Positions 37,882 to 51,700 of a DNA stretch of 64,000 bases are shown one piece after another. Origin of the DNA: Octopus vulgaris (Eukaryota); NCBI GenBank assembly GCA_951406725.2, contig OX597820.1, forward strand, positions 61,442,001 through 61,506,000. Reading direction: 5' to 3'. Position numbers and translations under genes: made by a program. The notes under the pieces were generated by a model, which saw nothing but the letters and a program-made list of their open reading frames with translations, did not search any database and was not told the origin of the DNA. The stretch's first letter is position 1; each line of letters starts with the position of its first letter.

Positions 37882-37954
37882 ACTGCAAACAGGAAAATAA
37901 GAACTCAGTATACAATGTAAATGTTGTTTTGTTAAGTGCATTACATAATTATAG

Positions 37955-38467
37955 TACCGTAAATCCTCGAGTATAATTCGCATTTTTTTCCCAAAACTTA
38001 AACGTCAAAATCCCTAGTATGTACTATACACAAGGTTAAAAATGAAAATTATTTTCTAAGCAATGTCTGAGTCTCTATTTGCTGTCTGGCTATGTTTATT
38101 CAAACACATTTTGTGTTGTCAGGCATGAAAATACCTTAAGCTAAGCCTGAAAGCAATGAAGTCATAAAAGAATCATCCATAACTTGCAGTAAGCAACATT
38201 TATTAAACGTTATTACTGTTATTTCTTTATTTTCTGCAAACAAAATTTACAAAAATGCTACACGTTTGAATTATGTTATATATACAATAATAATAAAGGA
38301 CGTTACCGTATATATTTTTACAAACCAAGGACGTTATATAAACCTCCTTGACTCCAGTTAGAGAAGGGGTGCGTATACACAAGGTTTAGGTTTTTCAGAG
38401 GTACAGCCCCCTAAAAATCCCCTGTGTATTATACTCAAGGGCGGACTATACTTGAGGATTTACGGTA
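37955..38467. mobile_element. pogo/Tigger-like MITE nested upstream of the Buster ORF
   Basis: TA|ccgtaaatcctcgagtata ... tatacttgaggatttacgg|TA. Confidence 0.92.
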
Positions 38468-39044
38468 AGCAAAATCGCAAAATAATACATGCAACAACAC
38501 TGAATTCAGCAACTTAACAATGCACAGACAAATACAACATTCACCTTTAGAACACAGCAGTGAACTAAGCAACACAGCAATACACAATGTAACGCAACAC
38601 CACACACATTCCAGCGCACTAATCACAGATGAGCTTGCATGATCATGTGACCAGAGATTAATAAGCAGTGGCACAGCTGAGAACTAGCAAATGAGTCTTG
38701 GAACGCAAAGCACCATGAGAGTCATAGGGCAGGAGAGAAGCATATACAGTCCTGGTACTGCAAGCAGCTGCAATGCAATACCTCAAATACAGGAAATAAA
38801 TTGTTTTCCCAAACTCTGTGACCCCTCCAAGAAACCCCAAACAACAACCCCCAGGTTAAGAACCACTGCTCTAGATAGCATTTTATATAAATGAATACAT
38901 AAAATCCATGTATATAAACTGTATGTATGTGTGTACCGTATTTATATATATCTATCTATATATATATATATATATATTTATGAATTAGAATGAGATAACA
39001 AAGCCAAGGTTGTGAAGAGTTTTCAGGACATTTATAATGGAATA

Positions 39045-39092
39045 GTCTTACAGCTGTTTCTGGGATATTATGGATATTCCTTCATCAGAGAC
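39045..39092 (-). ncRNA. Type I hammerhead ribozyme (family C) in a single-ended copy ~38985-39290
   Basis: gtct CTGATGA a ggaatatc cat aatatccc a GAAAC agct GTA agac. Confidence 0.8.
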
Positions 39093-39924
39093 AGTGTGAG
39101 AAAATATCTGAGTTCGAATTGTTATGGAAAAGGAGGAGATAGGGAATATACAGGGAAATAAGAGAATGAAAGTAGAAATAAGATATATAAAGACATTGTA
39201 GTTGCAGTTCCATTAACCGAGGACAATGGTGAATAGAAGTGGTAAAAAAGTTTCCTGTTCATGGTATGTAAGTTCCATTAGCAGTTCATGTTTAGTCATT
39301 TCAAAGTATGTCTATATACGTATGTGTGTGTTTATATATATATACATGTATATGTATGTATGTATATATATATGTATGTATGTATACATATGTATGTGTA
39401 TACACACACACATATATACATATTTACAAACATGTATCATCATTTTGCCTTCTTTTCCATGATGGCATGGTTTGAACAGGTTGCCACATGAGTCTTCTCT
39501 TATTCAGAGTTACTACCCTTCTCTACTAGTCGGAAATGTCTCTTTCATATACTCCAAGTCTTTTCATGACTGGATGCTATTTGTTTTTTGCCAGGTATTT
39601 TACAAATTATAGTGCGAACATATATCATGGCACCAACATTTCTGCTCTAGACAATCTCCATTCATTTGCCAAGTACTTTGACACAGGTGCATTTTATCAT
39701 GCCCTCAACACTAGGAAGCATGCTTTTGACCCCAGCAATACTAAATGACCCTCTCCATACTGTTTCCTCTGTTCCCCAACCATTTCACAGAGTATACACA
39801 GAACATTTTATTATGGCACCAACAATTGAGAATTTGTCTTTTGTAGACAAAAGAGTTCTCTCTCCTTAGTGTTGTCTCTATTTCATTAATTTGCCAGCAT
39901 CAGCATGTTATTTTTGTCTTTGCT

Positions 39925-40215
39925 AGATAAGCAGATAAGGCCGAAAATGTCGCTAGAAGCTAGGATCACCAAGCATAGATTGGCATATTTCGGTCTTATT
40001 ATGCGGAGAAAATCCCTGGAGAAGGACATCATGCTCGGAATGGTCAGTGGCAAGAGAGGAAGAGGCCGACCAAGAACCCGCCGGCTTGACACCATCAAGA
40101 GTGATACCGGAATGGACACAGCCAATCTGAAAGAAGCGGCTCAGGATAGAACTGACTGGAGGACACTGATCAAACGAGTGACCGAGAGTCGACTTTGACT
40201 GAGCGGATAGAGAGA
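39925..40215 (+). mobile_element. Young RTE (BovB-like) LINE 3' end
   Basis: SLEARITKHRLAYFGLIMRRKSLEKDIMLGMVSGKRGRGRPRTRRLD...AAQDRTDWR; CpG-rich, no stops. Confidence 0.88.
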
Positions 40216-40489
40216 GAGATAGAAAAAGAGGATCAAGGAAGGGAGATAATCAGAATTATAGGAGTGAGAAGGTGATGGCAAAGGGACCAAAAGAAAATAG
40301 TAGTAGGTAGTTTTATGATGATTGCCAGTAGAAGGTGTCAATGATGAGCAATTAAAAAAAAGAGTAATGAGAGGAGAGAGAGCATGATGGCTAACAAGAA
40401 AGAACAGGTGACAGTATTTAGGGGAAATACTCATGGGGATTATAGAGGAAGAGGGATAGTTGGTAAGTACATTGATATAGATATAGGCT

Positions 40490-40960
40490 CTCTTATATGC
40501 TTGGCTGACTCACTAGAAGTAGTCAATAGTTTCTGTTGTCTAGGTAACATAATTAGCTGGGAAGAAAGGTATTAAGAAAGTATATTAGCCAAAATAAGAA
40601 TGGCTTGGAAAAAGTTCAAGAAGCTATTACTTCTGCCGGCAACAAAGGTCTCCCTCAGAATAAAAAGTAGATTGTAAGACACTTATGATAGAACTGTGAT
40701 GCTGTGTAGCAGTGAGACATGAACCTTAAATACAGAAGACACATGGAGGCTAGAAAGAAATGAAGCAAAATCAGGTGTAGTGTGCAAGAGAGAAGATCAT
40801 ACCGGTATGAGTATGTGGTGTGTGTGAAGGATGACTGCTGAATAAAGAAGTGTTGAAGTAAATGCAATCTGTGGAAGATGGAGACCAAGGAAGAGTGGGC
40901 TGAAGGAGTGAAAACCAATCTTAAGGTGATGCATTTAATGAGGCATATGACAAAGCACTG
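40490..40960 (+). mobile_element. Decayed RTE LINE fragment (family of 52742-53530)
   Basis: LEVVNSFCCLG...KIRMAWKKFKKL remnants. Confidence 0.7.
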
Positions 40961-41434
40961 AGCTGATTGAAGATATGTAGTGCTGGAGAAAACCTAAAAT
41001 TCATAGCACAATGTTTCCTGTCAGGAAAGCAGTGTTTAGAGGCTGAGACTTTTTCTACCCTTCTACATCTGTAATCTACTGTCCTGCTCCCTCTCTTCAG
41101 TCTCACCCTCTCCTTCCCTCTCTTATAACCCTTCTCACTCATAACACCCCATCTCATGTCTCTCCACCCTACCCCACCCTGTGCTGATCATCTTCATCAC
41201 TCATCATTATCACCTTGACTCTTTCATCTTTCATAGCCCTTTGAATAAGATTCTGCATTGGCGAACCCTCATCCCTCTATCTAGTTCTTTTAAACTTTTG
41301 CCCTTTTATACTACCAACCATTAATCTTTCCACTCTGGGTCACTTCTGTTACTTTGACGCCCTTGCTCTTCATAGGCTTATATGTAAGAGATTGCATCAG
41401 ATCATTCGCATCTTTCTATCCTATATACTATACT

Positions 41435-41750
41435 CTTTTACTTGTTTCAGTCATTTGACTGTGGCCATGCTGGAGCATCGCCTTTAGTCTAGCAAATCGA
41501 CCCCAGAACTTATTCTTTGTAAGCCTAGTACTTATTCTGTCAGTCACTTTTGCCGAACTGCTAAGTTACGGGGATGTAAACACATACACACGCATGTACA
41601 TGGGAGACTTGTTTCAGTACCTATCTACCAAATCCATTCACAAGGTTTTGGTTAGCCTTGTTACTCTAGCAGAAGATGCTTACCCAGGATTGAACCCAGA
41701 ACTAGGTGGTTAGGAAGCAAACTTTCGCCACACAGCTATGCTTGCACCTA
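41435..41750 (-). mobile_element. SINE family A
   Basis: Reverse-complement match to 55563-55950. Confidence 0.8.
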
Positions 41751-41981
41751 TGCTTATATCTGTATATATGTGTATGTGTGTGTGAAAATAAATAAAATGT
41801 GTTTTCCTTACTGTATTTCAGTGAATTAACTTCTAAGTATATTATTGCAGTCAAATAATTCAAAACTACGATAATATGCATTGAAAAACAGATTATCTCA
41901 ATCAAATTATTTCAAAGGACATTATTACATATTCCAAAAGATCATATATCCAAAATATCTTACCACAATCATATTATTTCA

Positions 41982-42273
41982 GCCAGCCTCGTCTGGCACC
42001 TGTGTCGGTGGCACATAAAAAGCACCATCCGAGCGTGGCCGTCTGCCAGCCTCGTCTGGCACCTGTGTCGGTGGCACATAAAAAACACCATCCGAGCGTG
42101 GCCGTCTGCCAGCCTCGACTGGCACCTGTGTCGGTGGCACATAAAATCACCCACTACACTCTCGGAGTGGTTGGCATTAGGAAGGGCATCCAGCTGTAGA
42201 AACACTGCCAGACCCCAGTTGAACCGTCCAACCCATGCTAGCATGGAAAGCGGACGTTAAACGATGATGATGA
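41982..42273 (+). mobile_element. RTE-type 3' end with 63-bp tandem triplication
   Basis: Units start at 41982, 42045 and 42108; (GAT)n tail. Confidence 0.85.
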
Positions 42274-42744
42274 TTACAGATTCTAAAATACAAATTATTT
42301 TAAAATCCTTTAATAAGGTCTTCAAATTCCATAATTACTGATGATATTCATTGCAATGTATGTGTATAATGGCTCACTACTAGCTTTCATTTAATATATA
42401 GTGCATCTACTGGATTCACATGCATTATTCATCTTCTGTGAATAATTAATAATTTTATAATAGATTTGTAACATTTTGTATTGAATCTCAGTTGTAAACA
42501 TTTCATTTAGTGTTTTTATCGTTAAGTTCGTTTATCATTTATTTACTGCTTTTATCATCGAGAGGCGATATCTTGCCATTACAAGGTAGTGGAGCTATAT
42601 CTCTACTGGTCTAGAAGTTGAGACAACCGAGAAGGGATTAAGTCCTCGATATCATCAACAAATCTAACGGCTGCTGCAGGATTGGGATGATAGTTTCGAC
42701 TGTTTATTTCACTGAGGCTACTTCTAGATAATGAGATTATATTA

Positions 42745-43140
42745 CTCTTTTACTTGTTTCAGTCATTTGACTGTGGCCATGCTGGAGCACCGCCTTTAGT
42801 CGCGCAAATCAGCCCCAGGACTTATTCTTTGTAAGCCTAGTACTTATTCTATCGGAATCTTTTGCCGAACCACTAAGTTACAGGGATGTAAACACACCAG
42901 CATCGGTTGTCAAGTGATGTTGCGGAGACAAACACAGACACACAAACATATACACATGCACATACATATATATATATATGACGGGCTTCTTTCAGTTTCC
43001 ATCTACCAAATCCACTCACAAGGCTTTGGTCGGCCCGAGGCTATGGTAGAAGACACTTGCCAAAAGGTGCCACGCAGTCGGAATGAACCCGGAACCATGT
43101 GGTGGGTAAGCAAGCTACTTACCACACAGCCACTCCTGCG
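42745..43140 (-). mobile_element. SINE family A, full length
   Basis: Reverse complement of 55563-55950. Confidence 0.9.
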
Positions 43141-44334
43141 CTTGTTTGGGTTTATTGCCCAGTTGTTCACTGTTTACATCAGCCTAACTATCTATGCTAT
43201 CATAATTTTCTTTTTCTATTAAGAACCTATATGCAGGTCACCCTCTGTGTTTTCTAACCAAATTTTACAGTTATCTTCCATGTCTTCTGTTCCACCTGTC
43301 CTTTGAAGGATATGATGAAAATCCCTTGTGTCAAATCTATTGATATTGTATCCTACCACTACATTGTGCCAAATTATTTTCAAGCTTTGTCAATAGTGGC
43401 ATCCTTCATGCCTTTCCTGAAGTTGCTACATTCAACTTATCAGACTCATTACTATTTTCTTGTTATTGCTGACAGTTGTTCAAAGCAGTAAGCTGGCAGT
43501 GTTATTATTAGCATGCTGGGTCAAATACCTATCAGTGTTTCATCCATCTTTACATTCTGAGTTTAAATTCCACCGAGGTTGACTTTGCCTTTTATCCTTT
43601 CAGGGTTGATAAAATAAGTACCAGTTGAACACTGGGGTTGATGTAATCAACTTACTCTTTCCCTTGAAATTGCTGGCTTTGTGCCAAAATTTGAAATCAG
43701 TATCCCTGAGAGTTCTTCATATTCATGTATTCTCTCTAAGATCATCTAGATCATCTATCACCACCAGAACTTTATTCAGAAATATCTGTATGTATAATCC
43801 TTTGAAAGTTACAATTATATCCTAATCCATTAGCTGGATCATGGAGGTAGATATTAATATTAGTGGCAAGAACATACAGCTTATTTTATTGTTATTACTT
43901 TAAAGTTGGTAACCAACTGGGAGAGCAGATGCAGTGTTAAAAACTAGTAGCAACTTCACTTCATCAGTAAAGTGTTTGTGGGCAATCCCTAGGAATGAAA
44001 TGTAAGAATAAAAACCTAGTTTCTTCTTAATAAACTTGTGAAATCAGGAGCCCTTTGCATATTCATCATCATCATCATTGTCATATGTCTGCCTTCCATG
44101 CTAGCATGGGTGGGACGGTTCCACAAGAACTGGCCAGGCAGAAGCCTGCACCAGACTTCTGTGACTGAAAATCATTTAACCTCTTTGTCAATGGTTTTGA
44201 TTCTTCAGTTGGTGCATTGCATGCTTCACTATGGTTAATTTATTCCTCATTCTTGGTACAGAAATATTTTATAACAGCAGATAAGAATATTAATTTCACC
44301 CCATTATGATCCATGATTATATTGTTGAATAAGC

Positions 44335-44558
44335 TTAAACTGTTAGCATTTGAACCAGTCATATCCAGCCAAAATATTCTACCTGTTTTATCTTCTAACT
44401 GGCTAGATCTTCCCTCTCACACTTACCCTACAAGATTATTCTAAAAATAATTACATCATTGAAACCTCAAAGCTACAAGGTGAAGCATGACTAGTTCAAA
44501 TCAATATGAATAAATAAGCATTACATTTAACAGAGAAATCTGAATGCTAAAGGGTTAA
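44335..44558. mobile_element. piggyBac-type MITE (second family)
   Basis: TTAA-actgttagcatt ... aatgctaaaggg-TTAA. Confidence 0.8.
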
Positions 44559-44892
44559 TATTTACTATGAATCTGATAATTTTGATGAGTGTGTGACATA
44601 CACTTAACATACCCTTCTACAGTACATCTATCAAATCTACTCACACTGATTTGGTTGATCCGAGGCTATAGTGGAAGACACTTGTTCAAGGTGTCATGCA
44701 ATGGGACTGAATCCAAAATCATATTGTTGTGAAGCAAGCTTCTTACCACACAACCATCCAAACAAGGAGTAGTATAGATGTGAAATAAAAAAGTTGAAAG
44801 TACACAGAGAATATATGATGATTTATTTAGATTTTATGCTATCTCTCTCTCTCTCTCTCTCAATATATATATATATAAAATAACTTCTATAT

Positions 44893-44946
<54 letters not shown>

Positions 44947-44955
44947 TCATCATCA

Positions 44956-45812
44956 CAGGGTGCAATGGATAAATTGTAACCATTTTATATTTTTAATTTC
45001 ATGCATACATATTATTTATTTTTGATTTTGTTGACTACACAGTTTAGTAGGATGAGTTGGGCACCGTCTGTGAGAAAAACAGCACCATGATGCAATTCAC
45101 TCTGCCAGAAATTTGGAAACAACATGCTGTACTGCTTGGCATTCATGCTGGTAGCTCCAATATGAACATTTCAGAGTGTTTGGGAGTCAATATGAGGATA
45201 AGTACCGAGAATGATAAAAATCAAACATCCAGTCAACGTCATGGTGTTTGGAGTGATCACTAGTGATTACAATGCTATGCTTCCATTTATCTTCCCACAC
45301 GGTCCCAGACTCAACACGGATGGCTACATCAAATAACTGGAGGAGGTAGTGTGGTCCTGGGTCAGGTGGGTGGCTGCCAAAAGACTCTATATCTGGCAAC
45401 AGAACTCTACACCATGCCACTTAAGCAGAACCCAGTTATGTCTGTCAGACAATTTCTGTGACCACATTACCCCTAATATCTGGCCACCTAACTCCCCAGA
45501 CTGCAACCCTCTTGATTATTATGTGTTGGATGCAGTTGAGCAAGGGAGCAACAAAACTCCTTGTAACAGTAAAGATGAACTGAAGGCAAGAATTATGGCA
45601 GCATTCACTAACTTAAACAAGGAGACCATCCAGAAGAGTTGCAGGAGATTCTGAGGTCGTCTGGAGGCCATGGTTGAAGCCATTGGCACTTTTATTGAAT
45701 AAATTTTCAAGATATTTTTATGTAATTTTGGTAAATACATCTGTTAAAATGAGATGTCTGTGTTATTTTCATTTTTGCATAATGTAGACGACAGTTTATT
45801 CACCACACCCTG
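44956..45812 (+). mobile_element. DD37D Tc1/mariner, internally deleted copy with both TIRs
   Basis: cagggtgcaatggataaattgt ... acagtttattcaccacaccctg; WPPNSPDCNPLDYYV. Confidence 0.9.
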
Positions 45813-46457
45813 TATGTATGTGTATATATATATAAAATAAATTTCTTATACACACACACACTTAACCGGTTTCATATTTGATTTTCAAAAGTGTATGGTA
45901 TGTAGAGCTGTGTTGCAAATTTATGTGTGGTGTGTGTACATGTTGTATATATGTGTGTTGAAAATCATAAGGTCAGTATTTGTTCATCCACTTATTCTCA
46001 TAATTCCATTGATTATTTTAATTTGTAAAGTGTCCTTGAACACCAGATACAGACACCATCTAGATTTTTTTAGTACATAATTATCAGCTTATTTCATAAA
46101 ATTATTGGGAGTGGAAACGGTATCATACTATATAAAATTTGATGCTTAAATAACTTAATAGTTCATACTGTGAGAGACATTTGTTGAATGTAAGATAGTA
46201 GGGTAAGTCAATTGATTACCCATACTTGTATGGGAAAATAAACCTGATAAATATAATGTGGCATATAATCAGGGCAGACAAAGTTTGAACAGTTTTTAAG
46301 TATATTTTCATATAGCATAATTATTTAAGAGTTTATTAAAGTGATTTTCTTATTGTAATTAGTTCAATCATTATCATTGATAATATGTGCAGCAATGAAA
46401 CATCAGTTCACAGTAACATTATAATTTTGGATTATAGGTTTATATGTTGTGACTTAC

Positions 46458-46505
46458 TTTTCGACTGCTAACATGAGAATTAATGATTTTGTAAACATTC
46501 CTTTC
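46458..46505 (-). CDS. Candidate 48-nt exon
   Basis: ttattgtgtag|GAAAGG...CGAAAA|gtaagt; two frames open (ERNVYKIINSHVSSRK or KGMFTKSLILMLAVE). Confidence 0.3.
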
Positions 46506-46849
46506 CTACACAATAATACTGAATATTGCTTTTCTAAAGGTGAAATGATCTTTTTTTTTAAAAGAAAAATGCATAAAAGTCAGAAGTTCATTTATCATCA
46601 TCAGCAACAGCTGCAACAACAACAAAAACATGACCACATCATATTACGTTCATTTTCCATGCTGACATGGATTGAATGAATTGCCATGATCTGATTCATT
46701 TTTCATGTGGTGTTATTGCTCTCCTAGATAGGATACTTCTTAGTAAAACATTATATTTCAGCTTGGTTTCTACAGTTGGATACATACTCTTCCTAATGCT
46801 GTAACTTTACTGAATGAACTAGGTGTATTTTAGAGAGTGTATTCAACAT

Positions 46850-47800
46850 GGTGAAAGAATCCTTCTGAAATCTTGTGTTGTCTCCATTTGTTCACCTCTA
46901 CTGGGTATTGGTTATGACTTGAAAACTCCAAATCAGTGGACCCCTTTGATTTCTATTTTACTTGGGTAGGTCCCCATATCCATTTGTTGTTTAAAAAAAA
47001 TTGGGTGTATTGTGGAAGTATATCAATTTTATTGCACATAAGTTTTAGCAACAAAATCTTATATGGATCCTGATTGAGAGCAACATATTTGGTATATTAT
47101 ATAAATCTGTGAGTCATTTATCTTGGCCACTAAAGTGAGGGTATAAAAAATGCAGAGGTATATTAAACACAGTCCACTTTCAGTACCGTATATTCAGGGA
47201 AAGAAGTTTTTTGTGCTTTAAACTTCATATATAGGACTCGGGGTGATTTTTTTTTGAGGACATTTCTTTTAGAAAAAGGTGCATCATAGATACTCTCAAA
47301 TACAATACTTTTGTGCCATACTGTTAAATAAATTAGATCGGAGAACAACTGAGATTTTCTTGAAAGTTTAGAATAACAGCTATACCAGGTTTGAAAATGC
47401 TTTCTCCATGTAATCAATTTCTGAAAAGAAAAGTTGTTTTAATTGACAGCGATATAAGGTGATAGCATTTATTCTTTTGTAGAGCAATATTCAACTTGTT
47501 GAACAGGTTTAGTGGTGAATTCAATGCAGAAAGATTATAGGAAAGATTTGTGTTGTGTCTGCCAACATAAAAAATCCACCATTGATTGATGAAATATTTA
47601 TATATATCTTGCAGGCTACTTCAGGTGTCCTGAAACATTTCTAGTCATTATTATTTCTGACTTAACAATTATCTGGCAGTCTTATTTCACATTAGCATAA
47701 CAGCTCATCTGTTTTCCCCCTTTCCTTTAGCATTTTGTATGTGGAGTTGAAATTCTTTCAATTAAATCTTTTCACTTTAATCACCAATGCCTTTACAGTT
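46850..47800 (-). mobile_element. Possible heavily decayed Tc1/mariner transposase remnant
   Basis: KWIWGPTQVK*KSKGSTDL loosely resembles RWIG...WPPRSPDL; many stops. Confidence 0.25.
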
Positions 47801-48536
47801 CTTATTCATCAGATATATTTCCTGTAATCTGAAATATTATTTTTTGTCTTACTGGTTTCAGTCATTGTACTGTTGTTATAATGGGGTGCCCACTTCAAGT
47901 ATTTTTAGTTGATCACATCAGTTCCAAATGGTTTATATTTTCTTGGTCTCTCTTGTGTATTCATCAAATGGTAAACTTTTTCTTTTTAAGCACAAAGGAG
48001 ACTGATAGACACTGTTATACACAAACACATTGTCAGACAGACACTCATTTCAACTTTAAAATTTCTGTTGTTAATAAATTGTATATTACTATGGTTGACA
48101 ATCATTATTATCCATTGAAAATTTTTTGGTATTTTTATATAAGGTAGGTGCACGTTGAGGAGTTTGATTCACAACCATATAATTTCAGGTTCAATACCAT
48201 GGTGCAGAATTTGAGGTATCTTCTACTATAGCCCCAGAGTAACCAAAGTTTTGTGGATGGATTTGGTTGGCAGAAACTGAAAGAAGCCTGTTGTGTGTGT
48301 TTGTATATACATGTATGTGTTTATATGTCTATATCTACATAGTGCTTTTCCAAATGTTGCTCAGCTACAGGTGGTGGTGTTGTCATTTCCTCTATCAACA
48401 AATCATCCACTAGTCTCTGCCTTCGAAGACATAGAAAATAAGAAATCCCTTATTAGAAAAAAAAAGGTAGCAATTAGCAGTATGAAGGGCATCCAGTTGT
48501 AAACACAATGCCATGTTAATACATAATTGTAACCAT

Positions 48537-48930
48537 AGGTGTAGGAGTTGCTGTGTGGTAAGTAGCTTGCTTACGAACCACATGGTTCTGGGTTCAGTCC
48601 CACTGCGTGGCACCTTGGGCAAGTCTCTTCTACTATAGCTTCGGGCTGATCAAAGCCTTGTGAGTTGATTTGGTAGATGGAAACTGAAAGAAGCCCATAG
48701 TATATATATATGTGTGTGTGTGTATATATGATTGTGTATCTGTGTTTGTCCCCCCAACATTGCTTTGACAACCGATGCTGGTGTGTTTACGTTCCTGTAA
48801 CTTAGCGGTTCAGCAAAAGAGACTGATAAAATAAGTACTAGGCTTACAAAGAATAAATCCTGGGGTCAATTTGCTCGACTAAAGGCTCCAGCATGGCCAC
48901 TGTCAAATGACTGAAACAAGTAAAAGAGTA
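48537..48930 (+). mobile_element. SINE family A, full length
   Basis: Colinear with 55563-55950; followed by an RTE tail at 48980-49190. Confidence 0.88.
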
Positions 48931-49330
48931 TGGTAGCATGGTAAAAATGACCTTAAAAGTGAACAAATTATAAAGATGAATAGTGCCAGTTGCCACAAAA
49001 GCACCTGTGCCAGTGACAAGTGAAAAGTACCCATTATATTCTTGGAGTGGTTGGCATTAGGAAGGGCATCCAGCCATAGAAACCATGCTAATTCAGACTG
49101 GAACTTGGTGCAGCTCTCTGGCTTACCAGTTCCAGTCAAACTGTCTAACCCATGCCAGCATGGAAAACAGACACCAAATGATGATGAAGAATACACTGAT
49201 GATTGAACTTTAAATTATTTCTGTTTATTTTACTTGTGTATGGTTGAAGCCTATGTATTTATAGAGAATTTTTTACTCCTTTAAATGATGTAAGTTTGAT
49301 GAAGAAAATTTTAAATGAATATAAATGCAA

Positions 49331-49741
49331 CAGGGATGTGCTGCCTGGGAAGGAAAGTTAGGCAGTGTCTACCCTGAATAAAATAGATCGATAGTAGCAT
49401 TTTTCTTTTATGGCAAAATATGCACATAGTTCAATAAAACTATGAAGGTTGCTCTGATTGCTATGCATAAAATGCAAAATATTTTATTTTTTTATAGAAT
49501 TAGGTAGGCATAATTTGCCACTGCCTTTCAATTTCAGTATTAAAGCTATGCATAGTACTACTGTAGTACACATGCTGTGTACATTCCTACAACATCGTTT
49601 TCTTTACACGCTATAAAGGCAGAATTAAATCTGCCTCCAACTCAGGCATGCACCTGTGTTTCGCTTTTTTTTTTTTGTGTGTTTTATTACATAAACGTCA
49701 CCAACTACCTACCCTGAGTAATTACTGATGGCACGTGCCTG
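49331..49741. mobile_element. Probable hAT-like MITE
   Basis: cagggatgtgctgcc ... gatggcacgtgcctg imperfect TIRs; ctaccctga subterminal repeats. Confidence 0.45.
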
Positions 49742-49744
49742 ATG

Positions 49745-50410
49745 TGCAGGCATAGCTGTGTGGATAAGAAGCTTGCTTTGCAACCACATGGTTTCAGTTT
49801 CAGTCCTACTATGCAGCACTTTGGGCAAGTGTCTTTTATTATAGCCCTCAGATAACCAGTACCATGTTAGTGAATTTGGTAGACAGAAACTATGTAGAAA
49901 CCTATCTGATCATATACATATCCGAACGTGGCCGATGCCAGTACCCCCTGACTGGCTCTCGTGCTGGTGGCACATAAACACTATCTGAACGTGATCGATG
50001 TCAGGCCTGCCTGACTGGCCCCTGTGCCGGTGACACATAAAAAGCACCCACTACACTCTTGGAGCAGTTGGCATTAGGAAGGGCATCCTGCTGTAGAAAC
50101 CTTGCCAGATCAGATTGGAGCCTAGTGCAGTCACTGGCTCTCCAGATCTCAGTCAAACCATCCAACCCATGCCAACATGGAAAGCAGACATTAAACGATG
50201 ATGATGATGTATGTATTTGTGTTTGTCCCGTATCACTTGACAACCAGTGTTAGTTTTTTATGTTTCCATAACTTAGTGGTTCAGTAAAAGAGACTGGTTG
50301 AATAAGTACTAAACTTTAGAAAATACGTACTGGAGTCAATTTGTTTGACTAAAACCCTGCAAGGCAGTGCTCCAGCATGGCTGCAATCCAATGACTGAAG
50401 CAAATAAAAG
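49745..50410 (+). mobile_element. SINE family A interrupted by an RTE-type 3' end (49920-50210)
   Basis: SINE head at 49745-49900, body at 50215-50410. Confidence 0.75.
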
Positions 50411-50449
50411 AACGATAATGTAAGTATTGACATTTAATAAAGCCACAAG

Positions 50450-51700
50450 AATAGATGTTTACTGGAGAGCATTTTAGAAAAAGTATTTTTGATTTAATAT
50501 TTAATATCATATTCTGACTTAATGAGACAAACTATTAATAACTATTTGATTATATTATCCTAAGATTTATTGTGATGAGTATATGATAAAGCTGATGACT
50601 TCAGATGCAATTGAGAATTGCCGACATGCATAAGTTCAAAGGAATATTTTGAATCATAGCTATTGAAGTTGGGTACTCAGTGAGTGCCACCCAGCATTCT
50701 GAGAACATCAATAAAACTAGTGGTCATTCTGAAAGTCCTCAATTGGCAACCATGGTAAAAGATACATTCACTGTCTATCAAAGAGAACTGAAAAATGTTT
50801 GCCACGTCATTTTGAATGTTGTTCAATAGAAATACCACATGCAGAATGGTGTCACTATCACCAAAAATTGACTAAAGTAGTTCAGGTATGTAGGATGCAA
50901 TGTGCAGAAAAAAAGTCATGCCTTTCTCTGAAAAACCGATGTGCCTCTGTGTTCAGTTTGCTCAGGAGTATAAGAACTGGATGTAATTGTACTGGTTGAA
51001 AATGTTGTGGTTGGATGAGTTTAAATTTAATTTGTTTGGATCTGAAGGTGAGCGTACAGCTAATATCACAGAGGAAAGGCATTTCACTCAGAATGCATTA
51101 ATCCTACAGCTAGGCATAGTGGCATCTTGGTTTAGGGCCCATACGTTTGGGAAAAGAGTTGGCCCCATGCATCAGTACAACCAATTTAGATATCTTGAAG
51201 AAGACTATTTTTCTTTTATATGTTGAGAATCATTTAGTCTAGACATAGATATTTCAGCATGACAGTGGCCCAAAGCATATTATAGAAATAGTCAAGGAAT
51301 TCCTCAAAAGCAATTCAAGTGCTACAGGGGCCAGCACTCTCCCCATTTTAAATCCAATAGAAAACTTATGGTAACAGGTCAATACAAATATTCACCAATG
51401 AAAACCTAGAAATTAAGTGGACTGCATGATTACAAAGCCAAAAAAATGAGAAGAAATTTTCGATAATGTGATCAAATTTATAGTTTAAATGTATCTTAGA
51501 CGTTATGCTATTTTGAGACATCTCAGGTATGTGCTGAAATGTTAGTACTGTTTGATTTTATTCTTGATCTTTAATTCATACATACCACTTTGTTATAAAA
51601 ATTATAAATTTGTAGAACTAAGTGGTATGTATGAACTAAACATTATACATTTAAATCTTTAAATGTTCAAGAATTAAGTGGTGTTCATTTTTGTGGCTGT
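50450..51700 (+). mobile_element. Tc1-type transposon, decayed
   Basis: MLWLDEFKFNLFGSEG; FQHDSGPKH; LNPIENLW. Confidence 0.8.

Larger units (their letters stand above)
35877..38868 (-). mobile_element. Full-length hAT transposon, Buster family
   Basis: TIRs cagtggttct / agaaccactg; identical 8-bp TSD ctctagat with central TA (35869-35876, 38869-38876). Confidence 0.95.

Noticed and set aside
42590-42730. CpG-containing segment with short IR tctagaagt/acttctaga and a gaaac motif
   Set aside because: Could not assemble a CUGANGA core with consistent stems; left as an unassigned repeat.
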